Shown here one piece after another: positions 39,489-53,040 of a stretch of 64,000 nucleotides of DNA; position 1 is the first letter of the stretch, and the number at the start of each line of letters is the position of its first letter. The notes below the pieces were generated by a model, which saw only the letters and a list, made by a program, of their open reading frames with translations, did not search any database and was not told the DNA's origin. A program made the translations under genes and the position numbers. Source of the stretch: Antedon mediterranea (Eukaryota > Animalia > Echinodermata); NCBI RefSeq assembly GCF_964355755.1, contig NC_092680.1:1488001-1552000 (forward strand), in the 5' to 3' direction.

Positions 39489-39924
39489 TCCAAGATTAAT
39501 AATCCAGAAGATAAGGCTACTCCAAGTAAAGACTAATGTAGATCCAAGATTAATAATCAAGAAGATAAGGCTACTCCAAGTAAAGACTAATGTAGATCCA
39601 AGATTAATAATACAGAAGATAAGGCTACTCCAAGTAAAGACTAATGTAGATCCAAGATTAATAATCCAGAAGATAAGGCTACTCCAAGTAAAGACTAATG
39701 TAGATCCAAGATTAATAATACAGAAGATAAGGCTACTCCAAGTAAAGACTAATGTAGATCCAAGATTAATAATCCAGAAGATAAGGCTACTCCAAGTAAA
39801 GACTAATGTAGATCCAAGATTAATAATACAGAAGATAAGGCTACTCCAAGTAAAGACTAATGTAAATCCAAGATTAATAATCCAGAAGATAAGGCTACTC
39901 CAAGTAAAGACTAATGTAGATCCA
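39489..39924. repeat. 54-bp minisatellite, about 8 copies
   Basis: ccaagattaataatccagaagataaggctactccaagtaaagactaatgtagat repeated. Confidence 0.95.
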
Positions 39925-42831
39925 GAAACATTGAAAGAAGCACGTTTAGACAATTTACTTATAAAACTATGTTTCCACATTTGAACTTGATTGGTCGAAA
40001 GGGGCTTATGTTGTTTGAAAAATTCCAAATAAAACAAGGATAGTTGTCAGAGAACTACCAGATGGAACAAAAGATATCACTTGATGAAAAACATTAGAAA
40101 ATTGACTTTAACTACTTTTTCCACAGTTTTATTGGTTGACAAGGATTGTTGTTAGAAAGCTACAGATGAAACACAAAGATATGTGAAAGAAACATATGAT
40201 TTTAGTCAAACCAAAACAAGTTTAGAAGATAGAGGTACTGCTGTTGCTAAACTAAAATGAGTGTTCATCAACTAAAGAAGATCATCAACAAATAAAAGGC
40301 TATGTCGCTAAAAGATACTTTCACATTCCAATCTTGCTTGTTGTACCAGTTGATGGCACCACTAATAAGAAGCAGAAGATCACAATAAGTTAATGGTGTG
40401 GAAACTGATTGTGTTTATAAGAAAGCACATCTGCCTGGTGATACATGGATGAATGCAACAGGAACGTGAAAGGAATAAGTACGATACATGGCACTTCAAA
40501 TTACACAAACGAAAACTTTAAAATGATAATAAAAAAGAAAATAATAAACAAATTTGTGGAAGGTAGGCCCCATTTACCGAGTTTTCACCAACCTGAAATA
40601 CTCAATACAAAATAATTATAGATATTGTCAAACATTTTCTACTCTAAATAAGAATGTTTTGCAAGTTCATAAAATAATTCAGAAACTTAAAGATGTCATA
40701 ATTCATATCGTACAGTAAATAAGAGATTTAGTTGTAAATTATTGATATGTGACCATTTGTATAGCTGTTAAACATTTATGGAAGATCTACAATTTCTATC
40801 TGATATATCAATATGAAACAGGTGATACAGAAACATTAAACTATTACAAGATGCAAAGCAAGCTTAAACTCAATTTAAAAGCATCATGTCTTGATGACAC
40901 AGATTTTATCAAATCTATTTTAGCATAACTCAACAAGAAATTAGCGCCATTAAACTTGAAATGATACAAAAAGTTAACTTTTTAACTTAACACCTATGAA
41001 ACTAAATCCAATTCCAATCTATAGTAACATAGGCTTTTGTTTTGAATTATGAAAAGCGATATCTTTGGTAAAACGTAAAGATGGAAACTTTGCCAGGCAT
41101 GAAGAAACTCTAGAACAGATGTTGGGAAACATTAGAGCAGGCATTAGGCTTAAGCTTGTTTAAGTTGTATCATTAAGGTTACAGATAGTAAGTAAGCTGG
41201 CAAAAGACAATAGAGAATAGTATTGATCAAGTTCTCACATTTAAACTTGATTCTTACTACGTTCTCTAAAAACCAAAACTCATTAATCAAATGGAAAATA
41301 TAGGTAGAGTTTACTAGAAAATTAAAGAGCCAATGTCACTTATCTTGGAAAGCATTTATAAGAAATAAACTGAGGAAGGATTTTATATAAGATTTTGAAA
41401 AAATGATGGAAAAGAAACTTTATTATTAATAGCACGATATGGTAGTACTGGCAATATTTAAATATTTTCAATCTTCTATCAACTAAAAGTCGTGGTTAGT
41501 CATGTCTCTCTCTGGTCGCTGTACAGATAGGCTGCTACATCAGTACTTCTATGAATGGATGGCTAGTTGGTCATACCAATAGTACTGTTTTGATTTTACG
41601 ATCATTCGGGAAACAACCTCACGATATTAAAATTTTAAAAAAAGAGTCTGAAACTGGTAAAAACCTTTGCAGACTCTTAAAACATCCTGATTGATCTACT
41701 ATCTATATCATACAGGGAGTTTGTACAATCATCATGACATTGTTCTATTACAGGCATCCATACACATGGGGTGTCAACATGACAGGAATTACTAAAAAGG
41801 TTATAAACCCCATTTCGACCCTCCTCCGGGTGGGTATTTACACTTGTGATTGGATAGAACCTTGTAAAAAACCAAAACAATAACATTTGAATTAATTGTA
41901 TTGTAATTGTATTATATACTACTTTAAAACATGCATTTTTCAATCGCATATCATTCATGTAAAACTGCATAATATTTTCTGAAATTGGTATTAAAATTTA
42001 AAATTAGGATAAAAATTGGCTAAAATTAAAGTAATCATTGAACCAGTTAAGTATGGCATTAGAATCACCTGTTTATATGTACTATTTAATCTTTGAGATT
42101 AAGTAAAGATAAAGATATGTAATATCCAGTTAAAAAAAAGAGTATCATAATATGATCATTTCAAAGGGTTTCTCTTTTTTAAACAGACTGCTATTCTACT
42201 GACTTGACTTGGCTGTCATGGTAGGAATTTAAGAAATAAAAAACAAAATTACCCAACTAGTCAATAAAACAACTACAGTAGAACAGTCCTATACCATTTT
42301 TCATCAATTTATTAAATTTTGATCCATTTTTACCTTCCCTGCTGACTTTGCAACTGCTCTTGCCTTTTTTTGACATTTGATGGTTTTTTTTTCTTTTGTT
42401 TTTTAACTTTTTATAAAATTTTAACATTTTTAATGCTGTCATAATTCTTACACATTTTTATGCGATATTTTTGACATGTTTTTTACATGCAAATTGGCCA
42501 CGAGATGTAAAGTTGGTCAGTATTTGTTGGAAATAAACAGAATATATATGTATAAATGTTTCTATATTTATTAGTACAAGAAGAAGAAACATACTTCAGA
42601 ATATATCTGAAAATATTTTTTATAAAGAATGTACAACAAAAGTAAGGATATAACAGTACTTAGCTTACCAGTAATTATGGTGTGTAAATGGTACAAGTAT
42701 GGCTGAAGTGCCATTTTCTAGAGTCTTGAATCAGAAGTGATGGTAAACATGCAATGAAACAAGATTATGGAGATTGATTCCCCTTTTAGGGCTACCGGCT
42801 TGTGGTAGGTCGTATACAGGGTGGTATACGC

Positions 42832-43607
42832 TTAGGGTATGTTCACATGTACGGCATAAGGCAGGCTACAGGCTTATGATAGAACACTTTAGGGTATGTT
42901 CACATGTACGGCATAAGGCAGGCTACAGGCTTATGATAGAACACTTTAGGGTATGTTCACATGTACGGCATAAGGCAGGCTACAGGCTCATGATAGAACA
43001 CTTTAGGGTATGTTCACATGTACGGCATAAGGCAGGCTACAGGCTCATGATAGAACACTTTAGGGTATGTTCACATGTACAGCATAAGGCAGGCTACAGG
43101 CTCATGATAGAACACTTTAGGGTATGTTCACATGTACGGCATAAGGCAGGCTACAGACTTATGATAGAACACTTTAGGGTATGTTCACATGTACGGCATA
43201 AGGCAGGCTACAGGCTTATGATAGAACACTTTAGGGTATGTTCACATGTACGGCATAAGGCAGGCTACAGGCTTATGATAGAACACTTTAGGGTATGTTC
43301 ACATGTACGGCATAAGGCAGGCTACAGGCTTATGATGGAACACTTTAGGGTATGTTCCCATGTACGGCATAAGGCAGGCTACAGGCTTATGATGGAACAC
43401 TTTAGGGTATGTTCACAGGTACTGTATAAGGCAGGCTACGGGCTTATGATAGAACACTTTAGGGTATGTTCACATGTACGGCATAAGGCAGGCTACAGGC
43501 TTATGATGGAACACTTTAGGGTATGTTCACAGGTACTGTATAAGGCAGGCTACGGGCTTATGATGGAACACTTTAGGGTATGTTCACAGGTACTGTATAA
43601 GGCAGGC
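42832..43607. repeat. 57-bp minisatellite, about 13.5 copies
   Basis: ttagggtatgttcacatgtacggcataaggcaggctacaggcttatgatagaacact repeated. Confidence 0.97.
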
Positions 43608-46313
43608 GTAAGGCTTTATGCTGTACGTGTATTGTTTTCTAATGATTATAACTGATATTACGTTTAAATAGTGCTTCTTTTTGTAGCAGAATCAGGCCCT
43701 AAACTCAGGAGTATGTACATCCCAATGGAATCATACCATTTGATTTGACCTTTTAAAAGAAACACATTTGATATTCGCCTTATCGCTGGTTGCATTAGAA
43801 ATATTCATAGACGTTTACTGTAACGTTTATGGCAAAATCTGGCCAGCAAGCAAATGGTAATCACTAATAATATTAAAATCATACTGTGAAACCTCGGGAT
43901 TGTTTTCAAGAGGGTAAGTATGGGCTTCTTTTCGAGATACTGAATTCAAAGAAAGAAAGAAATAAAAAAATACATGGTTAAGAGTTAGTTGGGTGATTTT
44001 AAATGCCAGATATTTGTAATAAAGACTGATAGACGTATGATCGTGTTTATCATTTTTATTTTTCTAAATAGTACTTTGATTGTATCCCGTATTATCTTAC
44101 CAGGGATATACAGTAGGGACCTCTACACAGTATTTTATGTAGATGGGCCATGTTTCTTAAATTTAGTTTTATTATTTTTCAGTTAAAACAGTTATTTAGA
44201 TAAAAATTTTAATCAATTATCAATCATGAAGAAGTGCTATACAAATAGTGAATAATACTATTATAATAGTATATAACACAGGGCCGTAGTCACCAGTACG
44301 GTTGGTAAGGTTTCAACTTGACCACTTTTTTCACAGAGGCTTTTGACATCCCAGTGGCTTGAACAGAGATTGTTCCATTTTCTTGCGAAAACCGGACCCC
44401 TTTATTTTTTATTGACTACATCACTGTAATACTACGAATCTACTACTACTACTAAAACGACAATAATAATAGGAAATTATGTTTATATACAATGTTTATT
44501 ATTTACAATTTGCATGATATTAGATGTACAATATTAAATTTCAATAATACTGAAACAAATACGTGACCGTTCACCTCTTAATGAAAAATATTAGCAATGC
44601 TAATAGAATAACAAAATATGATATGCAAAATATATATGAGAAGTTAAATGGGATTTAGTATAATCTGCTACATATTCTGCTTGTTAACTTCAAATCCTCC
44701 ATGATTTATAGGCCTAAATCCTAATTAATAAATCCTAAATAACATTGGGATATAGGGATTATCATTGCATTATAAAATAACAATATACATCATTTACTTA
44801 TGTACATAGGTATATTATCATAACATAATAATGAAAACAGTTTATATAACATTGATGGTAAACATACCTTAACATAACTTCTTCTAATATCAAACTATTG
44901 GTCAAGAATTTAACTACATTTGTAAAATTCCGTTATTGTTTATAATCCAGAGTATTGACCAAACCCCAAGTAGCACAAACAGAAATGCGAATACAACTTT
45001 ATTTCGACATCAGATGACCAAGATAAGAAATTATTGATATTTCAGCATGGCATGTTGATTATGTATGCACGGCGTATTTCAGTACATTATTTATAGTCCA
45101 ATCATACCTATCTCACAAACCTAATTATACACGCATGGTGGAACGGCTATACCGGTAGCCCTACTGCTTCCATTACGGCCTGTTCATCAATTATGCAATA
45201 TTCAATATTAAGACTTTAGGTAAATTTATTTACTAAAGTGTTAAGTACATACATATTATCAAGCGATCTATATGGTATTGTTATTATTTAGCACCATCAC
45301 AGTTTTAATATACTAATATAATATATTAATATGTTTTATGAGACCATAATTAGAAAAAACATTTTACAAAGTAACCATAATGCAACATACATACACTATA
45401 CCCTGTTTATACTAAATAAACTATTAATGATTAGCTTCTATTGTTGACAATTTCATTCAATCTTTATTGTTCCTTCAAAAACTATATTGTACTAATTTCT
45501 TATATTATGTTTCATTGCATTTGTTGTTGTTTTGGAAAAACAATGACGCTACATGATTGAGACCTCAGTATTAAAGCTGCTTATTATTAGTACCGTAGAT
45601 CATTTTCAGGCAGGCTTATGTGGACTGAAAGCAACAACATTCAGCTGAAGGAACTTGCTCAAGAACACTTGAGTTGACTTTCAAGCAACTGAACAGAACT
45701 GAAAGATCTAGTGTTCTAGCGCTTAAAAATGACATTTGGCATATAACGCTAAAGATACTTAGATATATCCATTGGTCCATTGGAAATACTATAATAAATA
45801 ATAAATACAATACTAAATCCTGTGTATCCTCATTTTACAGAGGTTTTCCATATTTGTCTCTAGGACTGATCCAATGACAATTTGCTTCAGTTAGAACACA
45901 TTTATATAGCACACTCTAGTGTTTGGGGTTTTGCCATTTCTAAGAAATTACCATGTTCAGTTTAAAGAACACTGTTGTTCTAGTAATGGACAGTTGTAAA
46001 TATTTATAGCACACTCTAGTGTTTGAGGTTTGTTTAAGAAAAATGTTTTTTGCAATTTCTAAGAAATTACCATGGCAATATAAACAAAACAGAAGAAATT
46101 AGAAGCCTGAGGATTGACACAAGTGTGCAGTTATTATTTAAGTTTCAAACACTTACTGGTGGCGCTAAACAAATTACCTATCAAACTAGGTAATTCCAGC
46201 TCGAGTAGTTATATGAAAAGATTTTTGTTTTATGAATATCAAGATGAAATTCCATCTAAAATATCTCATCTGGTTCCTCAGCATGAATAGAAAGGTTGGA
46301 CTACAAAGAACTC

Positions 46314-46530
46314 GGCAGTACAGTTATTATAATACAGATACAGTAGTCAGAAATATCAATCTTTTAACCTAGGTAAACCTGATGGTAAACAAACTGGGCA
46401 GTACGGTTATTATAATACAGATACAGTATCCAGAAAAGTCAATCTTTTAAAACCTAGGTAAACCTGATGGTAAACAAACTGGGCAGTACGGTTATTATAA
46501 TACGGATACAGTAGTCGGAAAAGTCAATCT
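46314..46530. repeat. about 85-bp tandem repeat, about 2.5 copies
   Basis: ggcagtacggttattataatacagatacagta..cagaaa..tcaatc repeated. Confidence 0.85.
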
Positions 46531-48632
46531 CATGACAATGGGAAAAATAATCAGGCAAGCGAGTGGCCACATGATGACAGGTCATAAACGTGACTTAAAG
46601 CATCAATATTATGATCTCATTTAATCTTATAGGCAGCGACTACAGGTGGTTTGGAGCTAAAACAGGAAGGTGTTCTTAATGAGTTTGTTTTATATTTCAC
46701 ATCCAACGGCAAACATGAATGAGGGATAGTTAGACGAAGGTATATTTATAATGCTCTGAAAAACAGCATTACCCATTACTTCTCGGATAGATAACGATAA
46801 TCAACGATAAACAGTTTTTTATTTTACAAAGTTTTGGAAGTGTTTACACCTCAATAAACAATACATTTTTTAAAGCAACAATTCAACAAAAATGTTTTTA
46901 ATTTTTATATCCATTTAAAGATACATTGTCTACCTTAAAAATAATTTTAACAAAAATATTTGTCGAACAGACCATTTTAATGGCACGTACATATTCTTTT
47001 GGACTAAAATTCAGATAAAAACAGATTTTCCAAAATAATAAATAGTAATTTAAAGATTAATAATTTATCATTATTCTGTATTTTTTTTTTTTTTTATAGA
47101 TTAGATCGAAACACAACCTTGTACTGATTACTAGCTGCATTACGGGAGTATGTTTCCGTACGTGTTTGAGCCAAAATGACTGGGGTAATAATGTTTAGTG
47201 CTTAGAGGTTCACAACATTAGGTGCTATATCAATCCAGAATATCATTATTATTATTTTAAACTACAAATTAACATATTTTTACAACATTTTATTTTATTT
47301 TTTTTTCAGTTTTAAAGGACAATTACATCTTAAGGATTGCAGACCTGATTCCTTGATGGTGCAAAACAGATTCTAGAGAGAAAATTCTATATTTATACAG
47401 AATAATTATACAGAATTAATTACATTTTAATTAATTTATTTAAACACAAGCAAGCCTGTGAGCTACAGCGATTTCAATTGGTTTGCTTCCTTGCCTCTTG
47501 TTTTTGTTTTCTATGTTTTAAATGTATTTCGATTTTAAAGGCTAAATAAAGAATGAATGAATGAAAAGCTTTTTACAAGTAAGTATTGTTCTGTCTGTAA
47601 GATTATTTTGTTTTTTTACTATTACATTTTACTTGTATAATTTGTTTCTTATTTAAGATTTAAATGTTATTTTTTATACTTTTCTTTTTGATTTTATATT
47701 GCCTTTTAAATAAACGTGTGCTGCTGGTAAAAAAGCGTTTGTTCAATATTTATCGTTCATCGTTTACAACTTTGTACAGTATTCAGGTATACCAAGGACA
47801 AATACAAGTAGGTATACTATAGAGGGCCTACTTGTTTCCTTGTCTGATGGTCCTGTGCATTGTTTGGATGGCACTCCTATATCCTTCCTAAATACCAGTT
47901 AATAATCATGATTTGTCAATTACTTTTCCATCTCAACATTCTTATTACTTATATCACATAATACTCTTTATTTCTGAACTTTGAACAAATTTAAACAATG
48001 TTCAAATATTAATTAATGATAAGACTTACTGTACACCGATTAAAAAAATTTTTTTATTAATTATCATGAAACTTATAGTTGATGAAATAAAATTGTTACG
48101 CCTAGACAATTAAGAAACCCACTGCATTAACGCCATAGAATATTACGAATAGTCACGCTAGAAAGTGCGGTCATCTACTGTCAGATATCAACAGACACAT
48201 TCTCAAGGTAGTCATACTTTACACAAGGTTTTCATTTGAATTTTTTTTAAAGATTTTAAAAAATAAATCAGTGTACTACAGTGGCTGTCTCATTTGTTCC
48301 CATTATAAATTTAATAATGGAAGAAAATAATAATATTTTGAAGGAAAAACACCTGTCTGTTGCGACATAGCCAGAGGATAAATTAAATAAATGAGCTGCA
48401 ACTCTACGACTAGAAAGTAAATATCACATTTTACGCTATCATCAGAAGGATATTACTAAAAAGAACATATTTACATGTATTAAATGAATTAACTACCTGA
48501 AAACGTCAATAAAAAAAAGTAAATTCAATGCATTGTGTTATTGTTTAAGGTAATCAATAGCATGATGTTTTTTAACGATTACTTAATTAAAATCGGAAGA
48601 GAAAATCGGGTACCTGACCTTACCACCTGAGG

Positions 48633-48896
48633 TCATACTGTGCATTTGGATCCATGTTCAGGTGGTACATAAAATGTTCAGGTTTTTAAACATTTTTAGA
48701 ATTTTGTACAAATTTGATGGACGGGTCCATTAAAAAAAATGGAACAGCCCATCTTTAAGGCTGATTACGTATCACATACTGTGCATTTGGATCCATGTTC
48801 AGGTGTTACATTCAACGGTCAGGTTTTTTAACATTTAAAAAAATGTGTAGAAATGTTATGGACGGGTCCATTTAAAAAAAATACAACAGCCCATTT
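48633..48896. repeat. about 140-bp tandem duplication
   Basis: catactgtgcatttggatccatgttcaggtg...gatggacgggtccatt...aacagcccat occurs twice. Confidence 0.85.
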
Positions 48897-50073
48897 TCAA
48901 TTCTCCACATCCAAATCACACTGTAAACATTCATTATTTTCATACTCAACGAGGACTAGTCAAGCCATGCTTGGCACATTCGCATTTAAAAAAAAATGAG
49001 TCAATCCCTAAACATTTAAAATAAGATTGACTAAATCATTTTCCTGCGACCTAGTAACTATAAGTCTTACAGAGGAATTTTAGTATTGAGTCTTTTCTAC
49101 AGTAATACGAGATAAGGACATACAATAAAATTATGCAAGCTGTAAAGCAATATTCTAGTAAACCACATTTAGTAATGGTATAGATGTTGTTGACCATAAT
49201 ACAAAATAAATATTTGCTAAACTTCTGTATCTCAAGTCACTAATGATATGCACATCGTGTAAAGATAAAATGCCCCATTATAACATAGATAAGATAGGAG
49301 AATGAAAATAATGAATAACGCTATATTTGTTGAACTGTATTATACTCAGTCAGTTGCTTTATTGATTTTATTTTCTTGCCAATATGAAAATAATTCCATT
49401 CATAATTAAATTAGATGTTTCTTTCTTTTCACAGAAAATCAACAGCTGAATAACTATACATGCAGTTTAATAAATACAGAAATCCTGCTTGTTGTTACGA
49501 TGTCCTAAACAATTGGTAAATGTAATTTATCATGTGAGCAGTTTAATGTTAACACGATTGTCCGATATTGCTTGCTGCTATAAGGATCGATACACAATTT
49601 AATATTGCTAATATTTGAATGTAAAATGAGAATGCAAATTTGTTTAATATCATTAATAAGAGTTTAACCAAATAATTAATAGTTTAGCGTAGAAATTAAC
49701 AAATGGATTTATTTGAACTGGTAATTCTCGAATTATATTTTACATAATTTAAATATTGAGGTTAAATTTGAATATTTTACACAGAGAATAGTGGAATAAG
49801 ATTCTTTAGTACAGTATAGTAATGAAATACAAGTATTTATATAAATAATATAAATAATTTAGATAATGATCTAAAAAATCAACATTGCATCAACCATTTC
49901 TAGTGTTTGTTTTAATGTTTGAATCAAGGCTCATAGTAACATTCGCAGTCAAACAATTTGATTGTTTTAAAACATCAAGACGACAATTAGTTGAGACATT
50001 AATTAGTCGAGAAATGAGACATTGTCAATGACGGCTTGGCAAAGAGATCTGGATTGTTATATAATAAACATAA

Positions 50074-50292
50074 AGTCTTCTCGGATAAGGACTATAAACC
50101 GTAGGTCCAGTGTACACATCTGGTTCATGTGCACTTTAAAGAACCTAGTACATCTTTTAAGACAAGTAGGGGGTCACACCGGTGTACTTTTCACACACAG
50201 CCATCAAACTCATCATAGTACTACTGTATACTATACACTGGGCTCTCTGGGAGAACAGTTTTTGACTGAAGAGGCTACACAGTATAAAGAAT
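50074..50292 (+). mobile_element. 5'-truncated Deu-like SINE copy
   Basis: gtcttctcggataaggactataaaccgtaggtccagtgtacac...gactgaagagg...cagtataaaga, near-identical to the 58-kb copy. Confidence 0.85.
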
Positions 50293-50419
50293 AGACTGAT
50301 TATCAATAGAGGTTCTAACAGTGTGATATAGTCATTGCATACCTACTATTACTTAAATGATGACCATGTGATAAGATTTAAATAATTACTCAAAATATAC
50401 ATGTTGAAGAATCCTAATA

Positions 50420-50730
50420 GGCCCTTACTACTAACTTACTTTAGTCTGGGACATACCCAAACTTATATGACTAGATTCCTTCATAACTTTTTATCTGCCA
50501 TTGTGACAGCTAGTTCCTTACTCTACTCTACTCATTGCTATGTACAGTATAAACATGGCAACACTACAACATTAAAAAAAGGCCCTTACTTACTAACTTA
50601 CTTATTCCATGAGATACCAAATTTCCTCCATAACTTTCTATCTGCCATTTTGAAAGCTAGTCCCTTATTCTACTCTACTCATTGCTGTACAGTATAAATA
50701 ATCATGGCAACACTACAACATTAAAAAAAG
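50420..50730. repeat. about 160-bp tandem duplication
   Basis: ggcccttact.actaacttactt...catggcaacactacaacattaaaaaaa occurs twice. Confidence 0.8.
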
Positions 50731-51842
50731 TTCCCAGTTCAAAGTCACAGACTCATTAAGGTTTGAACAACAAATTAACAATTAATCTTTATCGTTAAAA
50801 TGAATTAAATTTCAATTTCCACTTGCTATAAGCCATTAAAGGCCTAATATGCACATTAAAATTTAATTGAAATGGTTCGCTATCATAAATTTTCAAATAC
50901 AATTTGACACTAGATTTATGCTTTATCATAAGAAATAAATATGATACAGATATTACACCAGTGATAATTATATTTGAGAGACCTGTACTTTTAATTAAAT
51001 TCTAAGACTGATAGTTGAGCACACCGCCACTGTTTGATCTGTTAAATTACGAATATATTACATGGTGCGTTTCAACGAAGCACATGATGAAAACTCATTT
51101 AAAAAGATAACGATGATCTATATAAATCTATCATGCTGCTAATTTTAGATCAGAATATAACTATGCGTAAACACAGCCATAAAAAACCTTGAAAATCGTT
51201 ACATACGTTTAGATTGGACATGTTGTATCACATGCTATGCCATAGTCATGAATGAAGAATTTTTTATCAGTGAAAGTTAACAGAGTAGATGTTAGGGATC
51301 ATCTTCAATTATTCAAAAAACCATTAAAATTACAAATTTAATACTTTAAATAATAAAAAGTAAGTTTACGTTAAAAATTAGGTAACAAACATTTTATTTT
51401 TTACAACACGTTTGATTTCCGACATGACCAGTCAACAACGTCGCGTGACAAACATTTTTAAAATGTTTACAGAAAGCTGCGTTAATTATCACCATTAGAT
51501 ATCACTTTTTCGTTAGTTGCCACGTGATTAGTAATCAAATTACATGAATACAACCAAGTGTGTTAATATAAATTTATATTAGTATTAGTATTTACTCAGC
51601 AAAAATGTGTTAGTTGTTTATTAATGATTTTTATAATGCTATACTTGTAGTGCATTATTAATCTTTTATATAAAGCTAGCTTGGTTTTTTATCAACACCC
51701 TAAAAAAATAGATACTAATGTTGAGCAATGTGCTTTAAGCATACCCTTACAAAATACTATACCATGGTCACTAGATATTAATAGAAACATTTAAATTTTA
51801 TGTGATCACTATTAATGATATTTAATCTATATTATGTCTTAC

Positions 51843-51872
51843 CTGGTGGGCCTTGGAGTCGAGCTCTTTTTA
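51843..51872 (-). CDS. unc-13: unc-13/Munc13 coding exon 2 (30 nt), start of C2A domain: (V)KRARLQGPP(D)
   Basis: Minus strand tttttcag|TAAAAAGAGCTCGACTCCAAGGCCCACCAG|gtaag; phase 1 to phase 1; resembles Munc13 VKKAKFDGAQE; joins in frame to the exon at 37802-37901. Confidence 0.85.
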
Positions 51873-51968
51873 CTGAAAAAAAAAAATAATGAAATTAATA
51901 ATTATATTCTTATAAATTGATAAAAAAAGTAATCATGTAATATTATGTGACAATAAATTGCATTTGAA

Positions 51969-52148
51969 TAAAGCTCTACCTACACTATCAAACTTTATGT
52001 GACAAAACAATGTGATGTGCCCATATATGGATATGATGTCATATCATTACTATATTTGGGCATATCACTACCATATTTGGGCATATCACTACCATATTTG
52101 GCCACACTTTTTTTGTAAAACTAGTTTGATAGTGTAGACAGAGCTTTA
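51969..52148 (-). mobile_element. MITE family A copy, about 95 bp into the intron upstream of the exon 2 acceptor
   Basis: taaagctctacctacactatcaaac...gtttgatagtgtagacagagcttta. Confidence 0.85.
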
Positions 52149-52310
52149 GATTGTTTTATTGATTGTGATATATGATTTATATACGGTACTGCACTTTTCA
52201 ATTCACAACATCTGATTGGTAATAGCCTAGTACAATACTTTAAACTATCCCCTATAACTGAGGTATACAGTAACTATAGTGTTTTTTGTCTGAATTCAAT
52301 CGATCTACTG

Positions 52311-53040
52311 TAGGACTATGTTGCTCGATCTAGGACTATGTTGCTCGATCTAGGACTATGTTGCTCGATCTAGGACTATGTTGCTCGATCTAGGACTATG
52401 TTGCTCGATCTAGGACTATGTTGCTCGATCTAGGACTATGTTGCTCGATCTAGGACTATGTTGCTCAATCTAGGACTATGTTGCTCGATCTAGGACTATG
52501 TTGCTCGATCTAGGACCATGTTGCTCGATCTAGGACCATGTTGCTCGATCTAGGACCATGTTGCTCGATCTAGGACCATGTTGCTCGATCTAGGACCATG
52601 TTGCCCGATCTAGGACCATGTTGCCCGATCTAGGACTATGTTGCTCGATCTAGGACTATGTTGCCCGATCTAGGACTATGTTGCTCGATCTAGGACTATG
52701 TTGCTCGATCTAGGACTATGTTGCTCGATCTAGGACTATGTTGCTCGATCTAGGACTATGTTGCCCGATCTAGGACTATGTTGCCCGATCTAGGACTATG
52801 TTGCTCGATCTAGGACTATGTTGCTCGATCTAGGACTATGTTGCTCGATCTAGGACTATGTTGCTCGATCTAGGACTATGATGCTCGATCTAGGACTATG
52901 TTGCCCGATCTAGGACTATGTTGCCCGATCTAGGACTATGTTGCTCGATCTAGGACTATGTTGCTCGATCTAGGACTATGTTGCTCGATCTAGGACTATG
53001 TTGCTCGATCTAGGACTATGTTGCTCGATCTAGGACTATG
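52311..53040. repeat. 20-bp minisatellite, about 36 copies (TAGGACTATGTTGCTCGATC)
   Basis: Direct inspection; variant blocks (gaccat, gcccga) cluster. Confidence 0.98.

Noticed and set aside
39462-40037. 191-aa membrane-protein-like ORF
   Set aside because: Mostly the 54-bp tandem repeat; no splice signals linking it to the gene
42774-43655. 293-aa ORF with C/H-containing 19-aa repeats resembling a zinc-finger array
   Set aside because: Translation of the 57-bp minisatellite; no C2H2 spacing, no splice context, antisense to unc-13
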